From assembly GCF_009914755.1 (NCBI RefSeq), contig NC_060931.1: DNA of 64,000 bases; one strand, 5' to 3'. This DNA comes from the human T2T-CHM13v2.0 reference genome, Homo sapiens. Positions 13,184-28,397 of this stretch are shown piece by piece (position 1 is the first letter of the stretch; each line of letters starts with the position of its first letter). The translations under genes and the position numbers were made by a program. The notes beneath the pieces were generated by a model that was not told the DNA's origin, did no database searches, and was given only the letters and a program-made list of their open reading frames with translations.

Positions 13184-16100
13184 AGTGAGTGAATTTTCAA
13201 AGTCCTGCTGGGTGTTTTCGTTAGATGCATCCCTTTAGCTGTTGTTAAAGTCACTATTCATCCCAGTGAATTCACTTTCATTCTCTCTGTTCATGAATGA
13301 GATGTTCAGAGAATACTTGCTTTTTATAAAGGATGAAGTAGACATGGACACTAGATCACTTTTGAGAGTAACTGTGTCTGCTTTTTAAATATCTTATCTG
13401 AAAATAACTGTACTATTTAGTTAAGATTTCTTTGAGTCACTAAATCTGTAGTTGGGGGTTGGAAGAGGGGACATGTAATTCTTTCTGTACCCTATCTTTT
13501 CGACACTTTTCCTAGGTTTTAAAATATATGTGAGATGCTAACATTATGGAGATACAATAATATAACTCATAGCTGCATTTTACATCTATGACTTCATCTG
13601 GCTGTGAAACAGATGGCTCACAGAATGCAGCAGCCACTCTTATATTGATAGTTGTGGTTTAAAAATCATTGTAACAACTACTAGCAACTACTGTATTTGC
13701 TAGAAAGCACATAGTCCAGACTACATTTTGGCCTAGGGAACTGTTATTAATTCAAATATAGGAAGAGTCACTGGATAATTTTAGAAATATTCATAGCTAA
13801 GCATTGGATTTTTGTCTTCTCTGACACTGTACCAAATTCCATAACGAATTTCTTCTTGCTTAGATGTGACTGGGACAAAGCCTCCCCACATTTGACTTAA
13901 TTGTTGCTGGTCCCAAATATTTGACTGAAAGTCTCATTACCTTTTAGCCATCCTCGCAAAAACATAATTGAATATGTATTTTCATCTCTACTGAAATATC
14001 ATTTTCCTTCAAATCAACTAAATTTGCCTCTTCCCCCAATTCGTTGTAGGATTCATTTTATCATATATCAGCTTTTTTTTCTCTAAACTATAGGAAGGGA
14101 ATTGTCTGATGATAAAGCGGAAAGCACAAAAGTCATGAAATGCTAGGCTAAGGCTCTCCTGTCAATAAGCACCCACTATGGCCCTTTCTGCAAACCTCAG
14201 TACCCAGTTAGTGCCATAACTAGTCATCGTCCATCCTTTGTAAGGAAACAGTTTCTGGTTCCCTGGCCTTTGCATGATTGTGTTCAAATGTTTATTTCAC
14301 TTTTGGATATTTGGCTCATTTTTTTCTTTCCACCTTATCTCCTTTATTCTAAGGCAGGGTGAGGTTGGAGATGATATATATTGAGGAAGAAAAATAGAAA
14401 AACATACACTCTCTGAAATTCCCTGGAATTTAAGTTAGTTTCCTTTAGAACCAGGGATAAAACTCTTTGTCCAGATTTATCCATCCCTTTTCATTTCTTA
14501 AATATGGTAAGGAATTCTTACATCTCTGGTACTGGCCTTTGGTATCCAGTAAAATAAATGGAGAGACGCTCAGTAAATGTCTTTTAAGTGAGTGTCCTAA
14601 TAAATGTTCCCTAAAGTGTTTATTTGAGTCCCGTGTCTTATATCATTTGACAGAACCACACAATTTGGGTTCTGTGAGGTGGATGCTAGGGTCTAGGTGA
14701 GATCGTTCTGGTTAGGATTTCCTATAGGCATGTATCAACAGAGCCAAAGCACAATTATTTTCTCCAATAAAATAGAACTTCATTTAAGCACATAAATACA
14801 AACATAAAGGAACATTCTGTGTAATTAAAAGACACAATATAGAGCTCAAGCTAAAGACATTCATGTGTCTAGGTGTAGTTAAATGCCTCACTAACATTCA
14901 GCCATTCTCAGTCACTGTAATCCAAACCCAATATTTCCCTGGGCTTAAGTAGATCCTAACTTGTATATAGAACTTTCTAGGGCTTGTCCAATTGAAGCTC
15001 TGTGGGTACATTTCTAGTAAGCCTTTCATTTCTCTCTAATAACAATGATCTTTGCCCACTGGTTTTCAATTCAAAAGGGGAAAGAAGCCTATTTGCCATT
15101 CCAAGACTAAAGATATATTTGCTTTCCTAAAGTTGTTATTCTCTCATCTAACTTGAAACATACAGAAAGTCTAAAAAAGGTGATACCACTAAACCTAATC
15201 AAAGAGGAAATTCCCTGCCACTTTTAAAATCCCTACATCTTCTGTATCTGCTCTGAATTCAGTCTGCCTTATAATTCAAGATTCAACTAGTTCAAAGAAC
15301 TCACTCTGTCATAACATTACATAGTATTAAAGTAGAAATATGAGATTTTTTTCACAGCGTATTGTCATGCTTATAGTACATTTTATCTACTGGAGTAATC
15401 TAATAACTTCATACTCTCTTAAACACAGCTTCTTGTAAGCACATTAAAACCTATCCTAGGAAGCCCTTCCAAAGGAAGTGACAGCAAAATTCCCCAAAAT
15501 GTTGCCTGCTTGGAAAGTTACCTAAAAGTTTAGTTCTGAGGAAGTTGACATTGAGTGTTTCTTGGTTTGTACCGTGCTCCTCTCTAGAGGCTGCCCCGTG
15601 TGCATAGCTGGCAGAGAGGGACATGGACAGGCATTAGAAGCAGCTCCAGCCAGTCAGAATTGGAGGTCTTGATGGCATTGGAGCTGGAGTTGGGGGGAGC
15701 AGTGAGAAAAGGAAGCAGAAACTGGTTGATTTCATGCTCCTCTGGCTTGCCTCTCTTACCCTAGGCACAGCCCAGAGATGCTCTGGCAGGGGTGGGAGGC
15801 AGCTGGATAGATTAAGAAAGGGCTTTTGTCCCTGCGATTCTCTAACAGACCATATTTGAGATGACAGATGCAAAATAAACAGGCATGACTTTAGACAGGT
15901 CCAGAATGGTCTTAATATCCTGAAGCTTATTCTTATTCAAACTTCGCGTTTTAATTGTTTGGAATTCTTAGACAGAGTAGGTGGAATTTCATCCTTTGTA
16001 TGTTTTAAGGAGAGCTTCGCTCCTCTCTTTACCACCCACCCCCCGCCACCCAGTAAAATACTGAACTTTCATTTTAATCCATAACACTAAATGCTTTTGT

Positions 16101-16503
16101 GTTTTTCTTTCTTCAAAGACTGTCATTAAGAATGTCTACAAGGAAATCATGGGAAATGACAAAATCTCCCCCAGATTGATTTTTTACGTGTTGTTGGAAA
16201 TAACCACATAACTAAAAAAAAAAAAAAAAAGCTCATTCTGGGAAAAAAATCTGTCCAAGGATGTGGAAAACCTCAGCATTAAAAATAATATCCTAAGTAA
16301 TCCAAAAGGGAAATTAACTTTCACTTTGAAGGCGTTCACTAGCACAAACACTAAAATAATGAGTAAACTGTCTCTCCTGAGAAAATGCCAGCTGTCACCT
16401 GCTGCCTCCCACTGGGCTCCAGGTCTAACAAGCCTCGCTCCCTGCCCTAACTTGTGACTCTGTGTCAGGAGACTTTTCTGAAGGACATTTTTTCAAGCAA
16501 TTA

Positions 16504-17177
<674 letters not shown>

Positions 17178-18229
17178 TTATTGTCAAATCACTCAGAATT
17201 GGCCAATTTCCCTATTAAGTAAAACTGTCATTGTTATTAAAACATAATAGCAATGCAAGGCACTGTGGAGTACAGAGGGTGTTTAAGTTGATGATGCATA
17301 TTTTACGACCCTGCAGAGGGGCAAACATGTTCAGGTATCCATTCACACCCACAAACAGTGAGTAGTCTCCTAGGGGGTGGGTTTGTTGAAAATTTCAGAG
17401 ATCACCTAGGGTCTATGAAATATATCAATAATTTCACTTTTAAATTGTATAGTAGATTTACAGGTATATGTAATATAAGTAATTTAATTATTCATTGTGT
17501 ATAATGTGACACATTATCATATAAAAGCTAAAAGTTAGAAAAAACAAAGGTCCTGAGCAATATCTTGAGTGTATAATCATTTATTGGAAAATTAGAAGTT
17601 GATTTGTGAATGCCATTGTACAGGCTTGACTTGTTGAAACCACCCTCTTCCATGTTACCCTCCACCGAGATTGACATATCTTAGTGTCTTCCACACTTCA
17701 CAGGGTGACACAGGTTCTGCCACTCAACGCTCACTTCGACCCTCGCCCATAAAATTCCTAAACAGCTTCATCTGTTAGTGGTTTTCAAGAGTAGTAGCAT
17801 ATGTGGACCATGCTGTAATAATCTCCGAAAGACAGATTTGTTAAAGGTTCACAAATGCTTAAGCACAACTATATTCAAACTAATGTTACATTAGACTAAA
17901 ACAATATCTGCTTTTGAGAAGTGGAGCTACATGCTGGAAGTTTTTTACGAGTAGAGGCTGAGCTGAAAGGGATGGAGAATGAAAACTGAACAGGAGAGAA
18001 AATCAAAGGAGAAAAAAAAGTAACTACATTATCTTCCCTTGCATGTTAACATGGAAATAACAAAGACACTGAAACATTCTTGGAGAATTTTAAGAAGGGG
18101 TGTATATGGCCAAGTCACCTGAAAAGAACTTTAAGAAACATCTGTCTCCACCCTCAACCCTCAAAACATCTAAAATTAACTTTAGGACATAAACCCAATT
18201 ACTTTAAAAATACGTTTCCTAGACTTAAG

Positions 18230-18400
18230 CTGTAAAGTTTAAGTGTTCTCACCACAAAAAAATGTTAAGTATGTAAGGTAATACATATGTTAATTAGCTC
18301 CATGTAGCCAATTCGCAGTATATATGTATTTCAGGACATTATATTGTACATGATAAATTTATATAATTTTTGTCTGTTAAAATAAATAACCAAAATAAAA
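18230..18400 (+). mobile_element. L1MA 3' end
   Basis: tgttctcaccacaaaaaaatgttaagtatgtaaggtaatacatatgttaattagc. Confidence 0.8.
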
Positions 18401-20674
18401 TATATCTAAGCAAAGCTAATAAAATAGAAATTACCAGATAGTATTTAAGAAAACCCAAGGTCGCTACTAGTGGCTATTTATAACTTCATGGAGTGCTGGC
18501 ATATCCAACGGTGTGTTTGTAATCTTTTCCTCTCAGGTTCTCTGATAGCAAGATTCTCTAAATTGAAATGACTGCTTTACTGATTGCCTCTAGTTTTCCC
18601 CCTTGTTCTCCCTGAACTATATTAACTTTGTGCTATGTTAGTGACTGTGTATGTTGACAGATTTCCTAGAGAACTGCTGATGAATACTGCCCACAAGAAA
18701 TCTCACTTTTCCTTTTCATTGACGTATTTGTGTAATTTATAATTCTAACCCATGAGTTAATTCAATGCAGAGATTATTTAAAAGACTACTTGAGACATAG
18801 TGTATAGCTAATCCAGGTCCTCATAATCTTTACCAGAAGTTATTTGCTCTTGTGCATAATTGAAAACAAATGTTCTGTGTTGTGTACAATTATTTTGATC
18901 TTAAAGGCTATGCTTCGTAGAAAAAGAGAAGGTTAGGATTCTGTAGTTTCCCTTAGTGCTTTCAAGGTATCTTCTTTATAGTCATACTTATCTATATATT
19001 AAATTATAATAGTTTATATATAGGCTTGAGTTTATGTATGTATATGATTGTACATGGATATATGTATCTAGATTTGGGAATGCATAGACTTAAAAATAAA
19101 ATTGTAGACCTTGTCATAACTTAAAATATTACAGATGGAATTTAACATAACATGTCTTTTAAAATCAGGTCTAAAGATTATTAGAAGGATTTGTTGCAAA
19201 AACTACCAGATTGGACATAAAACATGGTTTCCAGTCTTCCTTTGTTATGAAATGAGTGAGTCACTTAGCCTATTTGGGCCCCAGTACTTATTTTTAAATT
19301 GAAAATACAAAAATAATTGTAGATACTTGACCCTTTAAATGATAATGTGCTGAGAAAACAGGCAGAATGGTCAGCACATTTATTTTATTTCTTGAATTTC
19401 ACAGATGAAGAATAGCACTTTCACTTACAGCAGCAATGGCAGACAAGACACTCTGTACTTGAAACCAATTATATCCGAAATAAAACATTCTGGTTTGCTG
19501 CTGGACTTCCTGGAAGTGGGTAAAACCATCTGTAAGTCCAACCTCTCCTCCCCTCCAAAAAATAAAAAGGAACAAATTGAGACAATGTTGGAGCTTAGAG
19601 CCATGAGCAGATAAATGTCCTGAGCAAGAAGCAAGGGAGAGAAACTGTGATTATATTGAGGGGAAATGCCAATAGAAGCACTGTAAATTGCAACCGGGAT
19701 ACTGAGCTTGGGGTCAACAGCAAGGAAAAGGAACTGAATCTGAGATTTTGCATTAACCCAGGTCCCTCAAAGAGTAGTAAATGGCCCCAGGTTAGTAGTC
19801 CTCCCACCTACTTGCAGAAACACACCAAATCACCATAGGAAAGAATCTTACGGATATTTCATCAGATTCCCACAATGTATAATCAGATAAGTATTAGTTC
19901 ACAACCAAAGACATGAAGCGACAAGAGGAAATAAGCCATCTATATTAGAACTGTTAGACATAGAAATGCTGTTTATGAAGTACTTAAAAAGTAAAATATA
20001 GGATCAAAATAGTGAGCAAACAACAGAAAATTATCAGGAATAATCAGGCAATTCTTACAAATAACACAATGGAATGTCTACATAAAATACGTAAACATTG
20101 AAAGAAAACACAAGACATGTTAAAAAGCAGACTAGCCACAGATGAAAAGAGAATTAATGAATTTGTAGGTTGAAGTGAATAAATTAACCAGAATATAATC
20201 TTGAAAGAAAAAGGGCCAGAAGAAGTTAGAATAATTTAAAATGTTGAGGATAAAATAAGAAGGTCTAACATAAGTCAAATCAGAGTCGCAGAAGAAAAGA
20301 ATTAAGTCAACCAAGAAGTGATAATAAAATTAATCAAGGAGAAGTGTTCAGAAATGCTGAAAGCTGTGAATCCCCAGTTTCATAAAGGACAGTATTCCCA
20401 AGCAAGACGAAAAAGAAAACCAATAGCTGGCATAGTGGTGGCTCTCTAGAGAAACAAGGCAAAAATGTTTAAAAGAGCCAGAGAGTAAAGACACATCACA
20501 TACCAAGAAATGATCATTTCATTGGCAGCAGAGTGCTCAACAGTGATACCAGAAAACAGAAAGCAGTGGAATAATAAAGTGTTGAGAGCAAATAGCTATT
20601 ATCTATCAATCATGAGAGTAAAAGGCATTTGCCGTTAAACAAAAATGGAGAATTTACCATCGGTAGACTCACAC

Positions 20675-21041
20675 TGTATTAATAGTCTGTTCTCATGCTG
20701 CTAATAAAGACATACCTGAGACTGAGTATTCTATAAAGAAAAAGAGGTTTCATGGACTTGCAGTTCCACGTGGCTGGGGAGGCCTCACAATCATGGCAGA
20801 AGGCGAAGGAGGAGCAAAGGCATGTCTCACATGGCAGCAGTCAAGAGGATGTGTGCAGGGGAACTGCCTTTATAAAACCATCAGATCTTGTGAGACTTAT
20901 TCACTATCATGAGAAAAGCACAGGAACAACCTGCCTCCATGATTCAATTATCTCCCACTGGGTCCCTCCCATGACATGTAGGAATTATAGGAGCTACAGT
21001 TCAAGATGAGATTTGGATGGGAACACAGCCAAACTGTATCA
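20675..21041 (-). mobile_element. THE1 (MaLR) solo LTR
   Basis: tgtatta...gctaataaagacatacctgagact...acacagccaaactgtatca; 5-bp TSD cacac/aacac. Confidence 0.93.
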
Positions 21042-21048
21042 AACACTA

Positions 21049-21406
<358 letters not shown>

Positions 21407-21942
21407 TCAGTTAAGGTAAAAGTCAATAGCAAAATTATATTTTTACAGTCCTCACATCTTTGGAAATAGAATACTTAATTATTCATTGCTCAATTAAGAA
21501 ATCATAATGAATTTTTAAAAATACTTAAAGCCAAATTGTAATGAAAATGTAACATGTCAAAACCAGTATTTTTGAGGGCAGTCTATCAACCATAAATACA
21601 TACATTAGAAAGAAAGAAGTCTGAAAATGAACTAAGCACCATCATAAGTATTTGGAAAAGAATAAAAAAAATAAAAAGGAAGCAGAATCCCCTAAGTTGA
21701 AAATGATATTACAAAAGAAAAAATTATGAAGATAAAATTTAGCTTTTTGAAAAGACTCATAAAATAGACAATCTTTTGCTAAGACTGAGAAAAGAGTACA
21801 CATAATGTAAGGATTAAGAGAGAATATAAATATAGCTATAGCACAGATTGAAAAGAAAATACGATGGGCAATGTTAAGCCAATAAATTGAAGGTGAAGTG
21901 AAATAATCTTTAGAAAAATAGAATTTACCAAAGCTGAATTAG

Positions 21943-22479
<537 letters not shown>

Positions 22480-23282
22480 TAAATTATAGGCCAATCTCAC
22501 TCAAGACCCTAAATAAATTATACCAAATGGAATACAGTGGAGTTAAAAACAAAAAAAGGTGTATTTATCATGACCAACTTGGCTTTATCCCAGGAATGCA
22601 AGGGTAGTTTAACATTTAGAAATCTAGAATTGTGATTTACATAATAGATTAAAAGGGGAAACCCATATATAATCTCAATAGGAACAGAAAAACTTTGGAT
22701 AAAGTTAACCACTGATTTAGTATAAAAAGTCTTAGCAAAGTATGAGTAAAAGAGAATTCTCTTTACATGAATGATGTTATCAGCCAAAACCTCAGTAAAC
22801 ATCATTCTTGATGAAAATCTAAAAACATTCCATGTAAAATCACAAATGGGATACGTTTGCTCACTATCATGTTTTTAATCACAATTAAAACCGAAGCTTC
22901 TAGCCAGATAATAACATGAGGAAAATAAATAAAGGCATAATGATTAGAAAGGTGCAAATAATTCTTCTATGCCAAGTTTGCTTTAAAAAAAAGAAAGAAA
23001 GAAAGGAACAAACAAACCCATAAATATTTGCAGATAATATGATAATATACAAAGAAAATCACAAAGAATCTAAAACTAACGTGATAGTAATTAACTTAGT
23101 AAGGTGTCAGGCCTAAAACCCATATACAGAAATTAGTTGCCTATTTTTGTGTTTGTTATGTTTTATTTTATATTTTGTTTGCTGTTTGCTTTGGGTAATA
23201 GTTTCAGAATAAGTAGGAAGCAGGAGGTCAGGGAGACATACTGAGTTGCTGAGACATCTGCAGAAACAGCACAGAGACTGGG

Positions 23283-23455
23283 AAACTGTTCTCCCAGTTT
23301 GCTTGGTACTGAGGGTTTCATAGGATGCAGGACTTTCAGGTTCAATACCATGACTATCCCAGTCTGCCTGGGACTGAGGGGCTCCCAGGATGCAGGACTG
23401 TCAGTGCTAAGACCAGAAGAGTCCTGCACAAACCAGGAGGAGGTGGTTACTCTGT
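23283..23455 (+). mobile_element. MER81-like hAT MITE with duplicated 5' half
   Basis: tcccagt(t/c)tgc...actgaggg...ggatgcaggact(t/g)tcag occurs twice; ends ggttactct. Confidence 0.65.
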
Positions 23456-23459
23456 GGGA

Positions 23460-23890
23460 GAACTGTAAGTAGTCCAGTGTCATTGCAACTTAAAATGCAG
23501 GGCAGGAAGTGGTGACAGACAAGACTGGGGAGAAAAGCAGGGACCAGATCACAAAGGGCCTGATGTTCCATACTAAAGGAACTTGTACCTTGTTCTCCAG
23601 GCAGCGGCAAGCTGTTGAAAGGTTTTAAGTGGGGAGATATGTGACGGTGACAGTTTGCATTTTAGTTAGACCACTTCAGTAGTAGTCTAGAGGCTGGATT
23701 TGAAGGGGCTCAGGCTGGAGGTAGGAGGTGGTTGCTATAGTCCAAGTAAAGATGATGAAGGCCCACACTAAGGGGCGGTAGGGATGGAGTGGAGGGGACA
23801 GTCCCAGGGACTACTTAAGAGGCAAAATTTGTAGAGTGACTGACTGGATGTGGGAGTGATAGACAAGAGTTGACAATGATCTCTGCCCTT
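23460..23890 (-). mobile_element. L2 fragment
   Basis: agatcacaaagggcct...tttgcattttag...tagtccaagt...gactggatgtggg. Confidence 0.65.
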
Positions 23891-23931
23891 CAGAAAAATG
23901 TTAGACAACATGTTGGCTAAATGAAAATACA

Positions 23932-24220
<289 letters not shown>

Positions 24221-24559
24221 GACAGAAAATATAGAAAGAGAAATATAACCAACACTCATATGTGCATCATCCAGTTTAAGGAATAAAATATTAAAGATAC
24301 CATTGTATCCCCCTGCATATACCTGATCCCACTCCCCTGATACCACTTCCCCTTCCCTTCCCAGAAGTAACCCCTACATTACACTGATACTTCTAATCGC
24401 CATGACTTTCTATAAAATTCTGCTACAGAGATGTACATTGCTAAACAACCTATACTAATTGCAACGTTTTGCATTTTTCTAAACTTCATAGAAATTATAA
24501 GTATTAGTCTGTAACATGCAGTCTTCTCTCACCATTGTATATGAGATACAGCCCCTGCA

Positions 24560-24670
24560 CAAGAGTTCTCTGAAAAGGAATGTGGAAGAAAGAGACTATA
24601 TTCCAGTGAACAGTTTGCAAACTAGGGAGATGCAACCTTCAGTGTAAAATGAAGGTGCATTCCCCAACTG
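24560..24670. mobile_element. ERV1 (MER4-group) LTR fragment
   Basis: ttctctgaaaaggaat...gagactatattccagtgaacagtttgcaaac recalled from MER31/MER67-type LTRs. Confidence 0.4.
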
Positions 24671-24699
24671 CTTTTCTAAACAGTGGTCATGGACAGTTT

Positions 24700-26400
24700 T
24701 AAAATGTAATATAAAAAAGGTAAAGTTTATAGTTACAACAAAAATGTACACATCAGTTGAGAAAAACCAATAGAAAATGATCAAAACACGGTAACAGGCA
24801 TATCAAAGGAGAAAAGTGAATGGACAGTATATAAAAGGATGCTCATTCTCATCAGTAATAAAGGAAATACAAATTAAAACTGAAGTGAAGCACCATTTTT
24901 ATACCCAGAATTGGCAAAAATTAAGAAATTGGACAATGTCAAGTGTTGGAAAGGATGGGGGTTAACAAGATCTCTTATATACCTTTGTCGGGAAGGTAAA
25001 CTTGTATAATTGCTTCAGAAAACAATTTGGCCTTATCCAATAAATTTGAGAATGAATGTAACTTACTCCTAGATATATATCCTAGAGAAACTATTACCCA
25101 TGGTTACCTAGGAACTTGTTCAGAGCAGCACAATTCACAAAAGAAAAAATAACTGGAAATGACTGAAATCTCCATCCTTTGACAGGAGACTAAATAAATT
25201 GTAGAATATTTACTTGGTGGAATATTATACAGTAGTAAAAATGAATGTTTTTGATGAATGGATAAGCAATATGTGGTGTAGCCATACAGTAGAATCATAT
25301 TCAGCAATAAAAACTAATGAAGTACAGTCATGTGCTACATAGTGACGTTTCTGTCACAATGGACCACATATACAACAGTGGTCCGGGAGGATTATAGTAC
25401 CATACTTTTACTGTACCTTTTCTATGTTTAGATACACAAATACTTACCATTGTGTTACAGTTGCCTACAATATTCAGTACAGTAATATGCTATACAGGTT
25501 TGTAGCCTAGGAGCAAATAGGCTATACCATATAGCCTACATGTGTAGTAGGCTATACCATCTAGGTTTTTGTAAGTATACTCTGTGATGTTTGCACAACA
25601 ATGAAATTGCCTAACAATTTATTTCTCAGAACATATCCTTGTTCTTAAGTGATGCATGATTGTACTGATACATGCTGCAGCATGGAAGAACCTCAAAATG
25701 TTATTTTAAATGAAAGAAAATCACATATTGAATGATTCCATTTATATGAAATGCCTAAAAGAGGCAAATCAATAAAGACAGAAAGTCAGGCCAGGGGATA
25801 GGGAAGGAGGGGAGAGGGATACTGGGAATGACTGCCAATTGGCACAAGATTTCTTTTGGGGGTGATGAAAATACTCTGAAGGTAGAAGATGGTGATGAAT
25901 ACACAACTCTGTATATACACTGAAAGCCATTAAAATAGATACTTGAAACAGGTGAACTTGATGATTTAAATTATGTATCAGTAATGCTATTAAAAGTGAG
26001 TACTCTATAGTAACACAATGCAACATGAGTCTGTAAAAATTTAAATAGTAAGTTGAATGAAAAAAGTTCCAAAAGACAATATATGGTATTATACCATTTC
26101 TGTATAACTTAAAAATAAGCAAAATGAAATAATATTGTATATTTTTTAGGAATACATACTTACATGACAAAACCATATGGATATTGAAAGGAAGGATAAC
26201 CATACAGGAAAGTTGCTGCCTCAGGGGGCGAAGAGGCACATGGGACAGAGGAGGAATCCACAGGTAGATGCAGTGCTATTGGGGATTCTTTTAGTTCTTC
26301 AGTTGAGTAATTATTTAAAAGCTGAAATCTTATTTTGATTATAATTTACATATTTTATATTTAATCTTGTATAGGTATCAAATATATTACATTTGAGATA
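24700..26400 (+). mobile_element. L1ME 3' region containing a nested L1MB 3' end (~25250-25995)
   Basis: aaggatgctcattctcatcagtaataaaggaaatacaaattaaaac; a second, overlapping L1 3'UTR starts at gatgaatggataagc. Confidence 0.75.
25325..25662. mobile_element. Tigger3a (MER7A) TcMar MITE
   Basis: TIRs cagtcatg.../...catgattg, TA TSD on both sides, internal tagcctaggagc...aggctatacc. Confidence 0.9.
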
Positions 26401-26439
26401 ATAAAGGGAAATGCTTTAAAAATAATAGTAGTATGGGTA

Positions 26440-27000
26440 TACTAGCAAAAAACAAGTCACTTATGAAAGAGAAAATAAGATTGACCCCAGATGTCTCCAC
26501 ACCATCTTCCAAGCCAAAGACAATGCAGCAGTATCTACAAAGTTATGAGGAAGACAGTGAATGGCTTTAAAATTTTAAGCCCAAATTATCCTCCTAAGGA
26601 TAAATGCAACAGATGGATAGTAAGCATTAAAGAATGTAAAGAAATAAGAATCCATGAGCCTTTTATAGAATAAAAATAAGTAAATTTAAAACTTTTGTAT
26701 AATAAAATCTAGGCAACTAAGTAGACGAATCAAAGAGTATAAAAATGGAGAAGCCAGGCACAGAGAAGTTAGATGATGAACACCAAATTATTTAAAATAG
26801 AAATGAAGAGTAAACAGTGGTTTGAATTACGGTTTCAGAACAAGATGTAAATGTTAAAACCCCAGATGTTATGAAGAATAATATAACCAATAAAATGCAT
26901 TTGGAAGAGGGAGAGAGGAGGAAGAAAGTGAAATGATGTCTCTTTTATCAAATTTCATAAGGAGGTTGTCAGATATTGTAAAAAATTGAAATATAATTTT
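26440..27000 (+). mobile_element. HAL1 or old L1 ORF1 remnant
   Basis: aaacaagtcactta...aaaataagattgacc...aagccaaagacaatgcagcagtatctacaaagtt. Confidence 0.45.
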
Positions 27001-27009
27001 TAAAATATG

Positions 27010-27104
27010 TTGATTGGTTTTGCAGCAGATATACTAAAATTGGAATGATACAGAGAAGACCAGCATAGCTCCTGCACACACAGGGTGATACACAAATTTG
27101 TGAA
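27010..27104 (+). pseudogene. U6 snRNA retropseudogene, degenerate and slightly 3'-truncated
   Basis: gcagcagatatactaaaattggaatgatacagagaagaccagcatagctcctgcac...gtgatacacaaatttgtgaa aligns to U6; ACAGAGA box at 27050-27056; CpG decay; no PSE/TATA promoter recognised upstream. Confidence 0.92.
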
Positions 27105-27449
27105 ATATATTTTTCATTTAAAATGAATTAATCTTTTCCCCCTCTAAAATGTCATAGAAATAGTAAGTGCAGTAGGATATAACTATCAGTTGCCAATCCT
27201 AAATTTTCATATTCAATATCTAATAGATACGTTGCAAATTTTGTAATTTAAGATTTGTTTATAGATGTGCATATATTTACAGTATGAACTTTAAAATCAT
27301 TTAAAAATGAATGGTGGTAAAATCTGTGAATTATGTGAAATAACTGTAATGTACATATATTTTTATTCTAATAAACTTTTGAATCCTAGATTGGATTTTA
27401 TTAGAAAAAATAAAAATAAAACATACATTGACTCTTCCCCAGAGTCACT

Positions 27450-27630
27450 GGGGGAGCTATTGACATTTCGGTTGGGTATGTTTTGATGTCAGGTCTGTCA
27501 GGTACATAATAAGATGTTTGACATCTCTGGAGAATGCCAGGATCCTCATAATTGTGACAACCAAAAACATGTCCATGCATTTCTAGATGCACCCTAGGGA
27601 ATTGGCACTGCCATGGATTGAGAACCACTG
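27450..27630. mobile_element. MER20 hAT-Charlie MITE
   Basis: tgtgacaaccaaaaacatgtcc...ttgagaaccactg terminus. Confidence 0.75.
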
Positions 27631-27892
27631 CTCTAACTTCTTACAGGTTTTCACATCTGTCCTATTACATTTAGAGCAATGTTAGAGAATTAAAATCTCT
27701 TAAAATCTCAAAAGGGAATCATTTACCTGAAATTCGTTCAGCTTCATGTTGGTGTCCTTTTCTCCTATTAAACTAAAATAAAAAATAAACTTAATACAGA
27801 ATAAGCCTGTTTATAGAATGCAACAATTTTCATTAATAAAAAAGTATTTGTTGAAACAAGGAATCTGAAAAAATACACAGTTACTTTGCGTA

Positions 27893-28041
27893 TTTTTATT
27901 GTGATAATATATGTGTAACACACAATTTACCATTTTAACCATTTTAACCATTTCAAAGTATACAGTTCCATGGGATTACTTACATTCACATTGTTGTGCA
28001 ATCATCACCACTTTCCATCTCCAGCACTTTTTCATCTTCCC
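27893..28041 (-). mobile_element. L1MB 3' end fragment, host of the THE1
   Basis: tttaccattttaacc...tacattcacattgttgtgcaatcatcaccac...ccagcactttttcatc. Confidence 0.8.
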
Positions 28042-28397
28042 TGATATGGTTTGGCTGTGTCCCCCACCCAAATCTCACCTTGAATTGTAATAAACCCCAT
28101 GTTTCAAGGGCGGGGCCAGGTGGAGATAATTGAATCATGGGAGCTGTTCCCTCATACTGTTCTCATGGTAGTGAATAAGTCTCATGAGATCTGATGGTTT
28201 TATAAATGGGAGTTCCCCTGCACAAGCTTTCTTGCCTGCTGCCATGTAAGACATGACTTAGCTCTTCCTTTGCCTGCCGCCATGATTGTGAGGCCTTCCC
28301 AGTCATGTGGAACTGTGAGTCAATTAAACCTCTTTCCTTTGTAAATTACCCAGTCTTGGCTATGTCTTTATTAGCAGTGTGAAAACAGAGTAATACA
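28042..28397 (+). mobile_element. THE1 (MaLR) solo LTR
   Basis: tgatatggtttggctgtgtcc...gagtaataca; perfect 5-bp TSD ttccc. Confidence 0.95.

Noticed and set aside
15578-15598. CTCF-like ctctagaggctgc
   Set aside because: Lacks the GG core spacing of the motif.
20770-20782. PRDM9 hotspot motif in THE1
   Set aside because: Reads CCTCCCCAGCCAC on the minus strand, lacking the T of CCTCCCTAGCCAC; the second THE1 copy is further degraded.
25769-26239. 156-aa hydrophobic ORF (similarly 49844-50242 and 57541-57966)
   Set aside because: Translations of L1/L2 remnants.
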